Source of the DNA: Opitutales bacterium
GTDB taxonomy: Bacteria; Verrucomicrobiota; Verrucomicrobiia; Opitutales; UBA9783
DNA: 32,000 bases
Assembly (NCBI GenBank): GCA_046881885.1
Contig: JBKSMP010000024.1
Coordinates: forward strand, 96,744-128,743
Direction of reading: 5' to 3'
Shown: one piece after another, positions 25,318 to 32,000 of the stretch
Layout: every line of letters begins with the position of its first letter
Position numbering within the stretch: the stretch's first letter is position 1
The notes under the pieces: model-generated
The model's input: only the letters and a program-made list of their open reading frames with translations
Told to the model about the DNA's origin: nothing
Databases searched by the model: none
Program-made: the position numbers and the translations under genes

Positions 25318-27030
25318 TTATTCAGCACTCAAGCGCCAATCAATAAGCTGTAATTGAAGTGTTTTGTAGGATTGCCAGTAATTCCAAGAAATGCGTACCG
25401 CTAAATCAATAGGTGTTAAAACTGGCAAACCCGTATATCCCATATTCCAAGCAATAACTGTAAAATCATTCAATTTAAATCGTAAATGCGCTCCATTCTT
25501 ACCAAAACGTTCTGGCTTTTTCTGTAAACTCACATTTAGTAAAGCAAACGTAGGCATCTCATTTCCTTGACCAAAAGGCCCAAGACGTTCGATTTCTTCA
25601 AGAAATGTAGGACTTATCTCTTTAAGCGATACAACATCGGCTATCTTTAACGTAGGCTCTGGTAATTGTTCTGCAAATTGTTCTCTTAACAACTCATTTA
25701 AACGCTGCTCCCAAACTTCAATAGCCTCTTCAGTAAGCGTTAAGCCAACCGCTGCTGGATGTCCACCCCATTGTTCAATATGTTCTTGTGAAGCCGTCAG
25801 TAATTCCACCAAATTGACTTCAGGAATACTACGTCCTGATCCTTTCGCCTTACCATCTTGATACCCCAAAACAAAAATGGGACAATTAAATTTTCGCATT
25901 AAACGTCCTGCAACAATTCCAACAACTCCCACGTGCCAAGATGGTTTATAAAGCACATAAGCTAATTGCTTAGGACGTTCCTGAATCATTGCTTCTGCTT
26001 CTAAAGCAATCCTATGTTCAATATCTTGACGCTCTGTATTCAATTTGTCTAATTGTTGTGCTATAACACGACAAAACTCAGGATCCGAATGGGTCAGCAA
26101 ACCATATGGAATTTCAGCAGAATCTAAGCGCCCACTTGCATTAACCCTCGGCGCAATTTTAAAAGCAACATCGTCAACCGTCAATGGAACAGCTTCGGAA
26201 CAACCTGAACATTCAAGCAATTTTAAGAGGCCAAAACTCTGCGAATGCACCATTTCCTTCAAGCCATAATAGACCCATAAACGATTTTCGCGTCGCAAGG
26301 GTACCAAATCAGCTACAGATCCCAAGGCTACAAAATCTAAAAAAGGCTTCAAACGCATGTTCTGAGCAATTTCATGGCCCTCTTTCTTTAATTTTTTTAG
26401 CCAAGCATGTAGCCATTTAAAAACAAGACCTGCCGTACACAGTTCCTTGGCTGACTGAGAGTGTTTTTCTGGATTTACATGAGGATTTACAATAATAGCG
26501 TCCGGCAAATGATCTCGATTACGCTTATGATGATCTACAATAATAACTTTAATATCACGTTTCCGAAGCTGTTCTACCGCCTCTATCGAATTCGTTCCAC
26601 AATCCAAGGAAATCAGACAATCTAAATGTGATTCTGTGGTTAAAATCCGCTCTACAACACGTTCTGTCAAGCCATAACCTTCTGTTTCGCGCATAGGAAA
26701 ATAAGGCTCAAAATGATACCCTAAAGCATGAAAACAGCGCGCCATTAAAGCCATACTTGTTACGCCATCCACGTCGTAATCACTTAAAATGGCAATACGC
26801 TTATGAGTTCGGCAAGCATCATCCACCCAATCAACAGCTTCTACTAAACCCTCTATCAGCTCAGGCGCTTCAACATCTTGCAACGATGGAGAAAGAAACC
26901 GATGAAATTCTTTCTCATCTTTAAAAGGAATTTGCCGTAACAGGTGCCCTACACTTCTAGACACCCCACTTTCAGCAATACACAATTCAAGCCAGGGCTC
27001 AACAATAGGCGCGTTAAAAATCCAACGCAT
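25318..27030 (-). CDS. recJ: Single-stranded-DNA-specific exonuclease RecJ
   Basis: The DHH family motifs are present (ILSDYDVDGVTS, SLDCG, IIVDHHK), together with a DHHA1 region (GGHPAAVG). The ATG abuts the secDF stop with no intervening nucleotides. Confidence 0.93.
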   Translation of the reverse strand: MRWIFNAPIVEPWLELCIAESGVSRSVGHLLRQIPFKDEKEFHRFLSPSLQDVEAPELIEGLVEAVDWVDDACRTHKRIAILSDYDVDGVTSMALMARCFHALGYHFEPYFPMRETEGYGLTERVVERILTTESHLDCLISLDCGTNSIEAVEQLRKRDIKVIIVDHHKRNRDHLPDAIIVNPHVNPEKHSQSAKELCTAGLVFKWLHAWLKKLKKEGHEIAQNMRLKPFLDFVALGSVADLVPLRRENRLWVYYGLKEMVHSQSFGLLKLLECSGCSEAVPLTVDDVAFKIAPRVNASGRLDSAEIPYGLLTHSDPEFCRVIAQQLDKLNTERQDIEHRIALEAEAMIQERPKQLAYVLYKPSWHVGVVGIVAGRLMRKFNCPIFVLGYQDGKAKGSGRSIPEVNLVELLTASQEHIEQWGGHPAAVGLTLTEEAIEVWEQRLNELLREQFAEQLPEPTLKIADVVSLKEISPTFLEEIERLGPFGQGNEMPTFALLNVSLQKKPERFGKNGAHLRFKLNDFTVIAWNMGYTGLPVLTPIDLAVRISWNYWQSYKTLQLQLIDWRLSAE

Positions 27031-29532
27031 TTACGCCTTCATCCAATCATGAGTAGCTTCGTCGTCCTCACTCGGCTTCGCAATATTATTACGATTGCCA
27101 CGATTCCAAAAATAGAAAATCGGCGACGCAATAAAGATCGAAGAAAAGGTTCCTACTAGAATACCCAACAAGAACACAAGTGCGTAATCACTTACCACAC
27201 CCGAGCAAAATACGTACAAAAATACAGCTGGAATAAACGTTGTTAAGCTCGTCATCAAAGTACGCGATAATGTCTTATTGATGGCCAAATTCATTACTTG
27301 AGCTAAATTCAATTGGATATTGCGCTTCAATTCCTCACGAATACGATCAAAGATAATGATTGTATCATTGATGGAATATCCGATAACCATCAAAACAGCA
27401 GCAACCATAGGCGCCGTAAATTGATGTCCTAAAGCGATGTATAACCCAATCGTAATCAAGGTGTCATGAAGTAATGCGATAGTAGCACCAAAACCATAAC
27501 TAAACTCAAAGCGAAAAGCTACATAAAGCAGGATTCCCATAAGAGCAAAAATAACAGAAATAATAGCATTTTTCTGCACTTCTTTGCTAACCGTAGCTCC
27601 GATATGAACTTGAGCAACTTGCTTGAACTGAGAATCGGAAAATTTCTTCTGTAAAGCCGCTAAAACAGTCGCACTTTTTCCCTTCTCGGTTTGCAACTTT
27701 AAGAAATTCGAAGCACCTGATTGTCTTTGATAAACGGCATTAACTTCGCCCAAATTCGATTGCTTAGCGAATTGACGAATAACCTGCCCATCTACTGGCT
27801 TTTCGTAACTTAATACCAACTCATCACCACCAACAAAATCAATACCCAAAATGCTTTTACCACGTATACCGGTTGCAACACAACCAATGATAAACAAACC
27901 GATAGATACAGCAATCGCATGCCAACGATGCTTCATAAAATCGTAGCTTACATCACCCAACCACGATTTTAAAGGCAAAGAAAAACGTTCTTTTCTTGCT
28001 AAAATCTCAAGCAATGCACGATTGAAACACAAAACCGAAAACAAGGTCGTTAAGATACCAATCCCCAAGGTTATTCCAAAACCTTTAACAGGACCGGTAC
28101 CAAACCAAATCAATAAAACAGCGGTTAACAAGGTCGTAATATTAGCATCTAAAATCGTAACAAAGGCTTTTTTATGCCCCAACAGGAGTGAAACAACTGC
28201 ATCTTTACCAGCACGCATTTCTTCTCGAACGCGTTCCAAAATTAAAATATTAGCATCAACGGCCATACCAAATGTAAGCGCTAAAGCCGTAATACTTGGC
28301 AACGTAATTGTAACTTGAATGCTTGCCCAAGCGATCACGATAAAAACAAAATTCAAAATAAGCGTTAAAGCACTTGTTAAACCAGCTCCACGATAGTAAA
28401 AAACGAGCAAAGCCATAACAAAAACAACACTCACTAGTGCAGCATAAATAGCCGACGTTTTAGCACTAGCAGCTAAAGAAGGTCCAACCTCATAAATTTC
28501 ACTCAAATCTAATTCAAATTCCAAAGGATTATTCAAAGTATTAGCTAATTCAAGCGCCTCACGTTGCGTAAATTTACCTGAAATACTCGCTTGACCTTCG
28601 GTAATTTCAGAACGAATAACCGGCGCCGAACAAACCTTTCCATCCAAAACAATAGCCAAACGTTTGTTCAAATTCTTTTTGGTAATCGTCGCAAAAAGCT
28701 GCTTACCCTCTGATGTCATTCGCAAAGAAACTTCCGGCTTACCATAACCATCAAGCACACAATGCGCTTCACGAACAGATTTTCCAGTCATCTCAGGCAA
28801 ACGCTTAACCACAATCGGAATCTGTTGCTCCTGCCCTTCTTGATCTTCTTGAGTCAAAAAAAGGCGTTCATACCCTAAAGGCACAGCATCATTAGGACCT
28901 ATAGCGTCATTAACCAAACGAAACTCTAATTTGGCAGGCTTCTTAAGAGCTTGCATAATATGCGGATTCGCTTCTAAAGAAAGTCCTGGCAATTGCACTT
29001 CAATACAACGTTCTCCGCGAGCACGAACAATAGGCTCCGAAACCCCTAAAGCATCCACACGACTTGTGATAACATCCACACCTTTTTGAATCAACTGCTG
29101 CTTTTCCCAATCGCCTTTACCTACCAATGCATTTTCATTAATTTCTAGTGTAAAGACTACACCACCACGTAAATCCAAACCTTCCTTAAAAACACATTGA
29201 GATTTTTTCAACAAAAACTGCAACAAAGCCTGATTCTTTTTAGTAAGATTTTTTATATCAGAAACATTATACTGCGGGAAAAAAGTGCTCAAATCCAAAT
29301 TCTGCTTTTGACAGAGCGTTGCCAATGCCAAGCTTAAATGCCCATATTCCTTTGCCTGAACACTCGCTTTAGCTTGATCTAACAAACGCAAAAAACCTTC
29401 TTTGTCATGCTTCACCTTTGAGACTAAAAAGGCATCAAACGGCTTTGTTTCAAATGGCATTAATTGGAAAAGGCCTGCAACCAGGACTACAAGCGTAATC
29501 CACAATCTTTTTTTTGTCCCGCTAAACATCAT
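27031..29532 (-). CDS. secDF: Protein translocase subunit SecDF (fused)
   Basis: The 833-aa product has the SecD periplasmic region (GLDLRGGV..., RLAIVLDGKV.SAP.I) followed by two 6-TM bundles. The second carries SecF-type motifs (IGYSINDTIIIFDRIRE). Confidence 0.93.
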   Translation of the reverse strand: MMFSGTKKRLWITLVVLVAGLFQLMPFETKPFDAFLVSKVKHDKEGFLRLLDQAKASVQAKEYGHLSLALATLCQKQNLDLSTFFPQYNVSDIKNLTKKNQALLQFLLKKSQCVFKEGLDLRGGVVFTLEINENALVGKGDWEKQQLIQKGVDVITSRVDALGVSEPIVRARGERCIEVQLPGLSLEANPHIMQALKKPAKLEFRLVNDAIGPNDAVPLGYERLFLTQEDQEGQEQQIPIVVKRLPEMTGKSVREAHCVLDGYGKPEVSLRMTSEGKQLFATITKKNLNKRLAIVLDGKVCSAPVIRSEITEGQASISGKFTQREALELANTLNNPLEFELDLSEIYEVGPSLAASAKTSAIYAALVSVVFVMALLVFYYRGAGLTSALTLILNFVFIVIAWASIQVTITLPSITALALTFGMAVDANILILERVREEMRAGKDAVVSLLLGHKKAFVTILDANITTLLTAVLLIWFGTGPVKGFGITLGIGILTTLFSVLCFNRALLEILARKERFSLPLKSWLGDVSYDFMKHRWHAIAVSIGLFIIGCVATGIRGKSILGIDFVGGDELVLSYEKPVDGQVIRQFAKQSNLGEVNAVYQRQSGASNFLKLQTEKGKSATVLAALQKKFSDSQFKQVAQVHIGATVSKEVQKNAIISVIFALMGILLYVAFRFEFSYGFGATIALLHDTLITIGLYIALGHQFTAPMVAAVLMVIGYSINDTIIIFDRIREELKRNIQLNLAQVMNLAINKTLSRTLMTSLTTFIPAVFLYVFCSGVVSDYALVFLLGILVGTFSSIFIASPIFYFWNRGNRNNIAKPSEDDEATHDWMKA

Positions 29533-29861
29533 TTATTCCTATTCTTTTTCGTATCAACAAGTTTGGTTTGAATAAAACTTTTATGAAGTTCTATCTTAGA
29601 ATCTCCGGTTTTCATAACTAAACGCTCTGCTTTTACTTGCAAAACGCTACCGATAATTCCAGACGTCGTCATAACTTCATCCCCTTCTTTAAGCTCTGCA
29701 ATCATCTTTTCCTGAGCCTTTTGACGCTTTCTTTGAGGTGCAATGAGTAAAAACCAAAAAGCCAAGAAGAAAAAAACCATCATCAACAACGATGAACTTC
29801 CTGGATTCACTTGCGCACTTACTTGGTCACCTATCGTTAAATACATAATTCCATTGCTCAT
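29529..29861 (-). CDS. yajC: Preprotein translocase subunit YajC
   Basis: The protein has a single TM segment followed by QRKRQKAQEKMIAELKEGDEVMTTSGIIG.V. It overlaps the secDF start by 4 nt (ATGA). Confidence 0.88.
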   Translation of the reverse strand: MSNGIMYLTIGDQVSAQVNPGSSSLLMMVFFFLAFWFLLIAPQRKRQKAQEKMIAELKEGDEVMTTSGIIGSVLQVKAERLVMKTGDSKIELHKSFIQTKLVDTKKNRNK

Positions 29862-29976
29862 AACTATTTATAATAAACACTCTTTTCAACAATAATGCAA
29901 GCTTGTTTGTTAGCTTTTTAACACTTTATCGGTATGAATTCTTGACTTTAACAAAGAATTATCGTACCGTTAAATC

Positions 29977-30213
29977 ATGGCAGTAAAAGAAAATAAAATC
30001 TCAGAAAACGTTAGAGGAAAATTTTACGTAGACAATCAATGCATCTCTTGTGGACTTTGTCGCGAAATTGCACCCGAAATTTTTGGAAGCGTAAGCGATA
30101 CAGACGCATCCTTTGTTAAAAAGCAACCTTCGACGGAAAACGAGGTCGAGCTTTGCATGGAAGCCTTAGAAAGCTGCCCTGTAGACGCTATCGGTCAAGA
30201 TGGTGACCAATAA
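29977..30213 (+). CDS. Small single-cluster ferredoxin
   Basis: The 78-aa product has C-I-S-C-G-L-C ... C-P (CxxCxxC...CP) cluster ligands. Confidence 0.8.
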   Translation: MAVKENKISENVRGKFYVDNQCISCGLCREIAPEIFGSVSDTDASFVKKQPSTENEVELCMEALESCPVDAIGQDGDQ

Positions 30214-30235
30214 TTATCATCAATAGAATTTACTC

Positions 30236-30270
30236 AAATCCCTGCTTTAGAAAGTAGGGATTTTTATTTT
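30236..30270 (+). terminator. Rho-independent terminator of the ferredoxin gene
   Basis: AAATCCCTGC-tttagaaa-GTAGGGATTT forms a 10-bp stem with one G-U pair. It runs directly into TTTTTATTTT. Confidence 0.62.
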
Positions 30271-30478
30271 AAAAACATTTCAATCCCCATCTAGCTTTCC
30301 TCCGCTCCAATATACATTTTCACACGCAACCTCATTGCATAACAAAACACCCAATTTTTAATTTTCCACTCAATTTAGCAACACCCTAACTAAAAAACCA
30401 TTGTTTTTAGATTGCATTTTATGCTTGCTTCAGCTATCAAATAGTCAAAATAAAGAAATACATTCAAAAAAAGATTAA

Positions 30479-30778
30479 ATGTTGGACACAGAGGACTTAA
30501 ATTATTCATTTTTTGAAAAGTTGCTACCCGACCAGAAAGAATGGTACACCGTCAAGGAAGCGGCGGCCATACTTGGACGGAGCGATCAATATGTACGAGA
30601 TTGTTTTGACAATCAAAAATTACTAGGCCATGTTTGGAATGCGAAAGCTAAAAGAGGACAAGAAAAAAGAAGGACCTATCACATTTCTCGACAAAGTCTT
30701 GTTTTATTTTTTATGGAAACCGCTAACTATCGTGCTAGTGATTTTTTGCAACGTATTCGTAATGCCGAAAAACATTAA
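30479..30778 (+). CDS. Small helix-turn-helix DNA-binding protein (excisionase/MerR-like HTH)
   Basis: The 99-aa product contains WYTVKEAAAILGRSDQYVRDCFDNQKLLG, which is the typical [YL]-T-V-K-E-A-A-x-x-L-G-x-S HTH of the excisionase-family DNA-binding domain. Confidence 0.6.
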   Translation: MLDTEDLNYSFFEKLLPDQKEWYTVKEAAAILGRSDQYVRDCFDNQKLLGHVWNAKAKRGQEKRRTYHISRQSLVLFFMETANYRASDFLQRIRNAEKH

Positions 30779-30845
30779 ACAAATGTGTTTTTTCAAAAAA
30801 TTTGCTTGTGTTTTTACGGAATGCAAGTGATAGTAGTTACATATT

Positions 30846-31214
30846 ATGTTGAATTTTTTGATAATTGTTGGATCTATTCTATTAGTTGGCTTGTGCGCAT
30901 GGATTATTTTGCTCATTTTAATGCAAAAACCAAGCGCTAATGCAGGCATGGGAGCAGCTTTAGGAGGAGGCGCAGCAGAATCTGCTTTCGGAGGTGAAGC
31001 TTCTAATGTTTTGACACGTTGGACGGTTTTCGGAGTTATTGGATTTTTCACCCTCACGCTTTTCCTGACATTAGCCCAAGTTTACAACCATCACAAAAAC
31101 ACAGCGACAACTGAATTAGTTCCCGTTATTGAAAAGCAAGAAGCGAGCTCTTTAACGCAAATACCAAGCGAGAAGTCAGAAAACGCTGTTGCTCATGAGG
31201 CAAGCAATAAGTAA
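30846..31214 (+). CDS. secG: Preprotein translocase subunit SecG (with C-terminal extension)
   Basis: The protein has two TM helices flanking the Gly-rich loop (QKPSANAGMGAALGGGAAESAFGGEASNVLTRWT). Confidence 0.85.
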   Translation: MLNFLIIVGSILLVGLCAWIILLILMQKPSANAGMGAALGGGAAESAFGGEASNVLTRWTVFGVIGFFTLTLFLTLAQVYNHHKNTATTELVPVIEKQEASSLTQIPSEKSENAVAHEASNK

Positions 31215-31251
31215 TCACAGCATTTTTTTTATAATAAATTGTTTCGTACAC

Positions 31252-31914
31252 ATGGCTGTGTGCGAAAAGTTTATTTTTGAAGACCCAGAACGATTATTTG
31301 GCATTACAGAACGCATTTGTGCTCTAAAAACATATACTCCAAACGAAAATTATTGTTGGCATCTAGAATGGAAAGTTGACAAACAAAGCTATTCAGGACG
31401 CTTGACAGGAAACGTAGAAGGCTCACATCATTGGATTAACATTGTGTTCCCAGATCAAACAACGCTCTTTTTTGACAAAAACAATCCTCAACAAGCTTTT
31501 TACCCCCATCGCCTCTGTCCTTTACCGCAAGAACGTTGGCAAGAACCTTTAGGCGGACTTCCTTCCGTTTCTTATGAACTTATTGCCATGCCGTTTTTAA
31601 ACGACACCGTTATTTCCGTTAAAAAAACAGCTAAACAAGGACGAAAAGCCTTAGAAGTAGATTTTAAACGCGAAAACCATATCTCTACTAAAGCTTTTCT
31701 AGATTTAAAATTTAACACAATTTTAGAAGTTCAAGCACATTCAACCCATCCTACTGGCAAATTCCAATTAAAAAGCTTAAAAAAATTCAACGGCATTTGG
31801 GGACTTCATCAAGCCGTATTCTCGCAAGGGAAAAAAACCACAAAGCTAAAAATAACTTCAATAGGGTTCCTGCAAAAGTCGGAGATGAAAAACTTTGGTA
31901 TGCCGCATGAATAA
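31252..31914 (+). CDS. Hypothetical protein (~220 aa)
   Basis: The frame is uninterrupted with ordinary composition, and I recognise no motif. The start is ambiguous between ATG 31252 and ATG 31195, which overlaps the secG end. Confidence 0.55.
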   Translation: MAVCEKFIFEDPERLFGITERICALKTYTPNENYCWHLEWKVDKQSYSGRLTGNVEGSHHWINIVFPDQTTLFFDKNNPQQAFYPHRLCPLPQERWQEPLGGLPSVSYELIAMPFLNDTVISVKKTAKQGRKALEVDFKRENHISTKAFLDLKFNTILEVQAHSTHPTGKFQLKSLKKFNGIWGLHQAVFSQGKKTTKLKITSIGFLQKSEMKNFGMPHE

Positions 31915-32000
31915 TGAAAAAAGCGGTCGTTTCAAGGGGGCTAAAATTTTTTGATATTATTTTTCGCTCTTCAGACCGCATAGATACTGAATTTACTGGC

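Noticed and set aside
30479-30778. Calling the HTH gene part of a prophage or integrative element.
   Set aside because: The window contains no integrase, recombinase, phage genes, flanking direct repeats or adjacent tRNA.
31915-32000. A possible 3' end of a convergent minus-strand gene (frame ending ...ASKFSIYAV-stop at 31971-31973), plus a 64-aa minus ORF at 31787-31981.
   Set aside because: Only 9 codons of the first frame are visible. The 64-aa ORF overlaps the antisense of the 31252-31914 gene and has non-protein-like composition.

Overview
This is a gene-dense 32-kb chromosomal window from a low-GC bacterium. My hand counts of single 60-nt lines give about 37-45% G+C in housekeeping genes and 17-32% in three accessory genes. 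The standard genetic code applies, since TAA, TAG and TGA all terminate recognisable proteins. Most genes lack a clear Shine-Dalgarno sequence, and many are tightly or translationally coupled.

The backbone is housekeeping:
- Translation and RNA: valS, proS (archaeal/eukaryal-type), metG, rpsR, a Sua5-type TsaC, ybeY, tRNA-Tyr(GTA), and rho with a ~143-aa N-terminal extension.
- Secretion and DNA repair: yajC-secDF-recJ, and secG.
- Envelope and lipid: uppP, plsC, and a truncated fabF-like 5' end.
- Nucleotide metabolism and other functions: dCMP deaminase, AlgH/YqgE, a small ferredoxin, a Nudix hydrolase, a sigma-54-dependent response regulator and an NhaC/YuiF-like permease.

I see no rRNA, CRISPR array, transposase or integrase.

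The non-housekeeping content, most interesting first:
1. A same-strand cluster at 10430-14436 holds two exported or putatively exported paralogs of very different size (797 aa and ~223 aa). They share only a basic C-terminal module plus an 88-nt conserved 3' non-coding hairpin module. A small Cys-bearing OM beta-barrel follows directly.
2. An orphan secreted protein of 603 aa with 26 cysteines (2955-4766).
3. A soluble, AT-rich eukaryotic-like Ser/Thr kinase with unique flanking regions and a 4-Cys insert.
4. A thymidine-phosphorylase-fold protein whose phosphate-binding signature is erased.

The lineage cannot be determined here. The gene content and the Cys-rich envelope proteins are compatible with a host-associated PVC/Chlamydiae-like or similar organism, but that is speculation.
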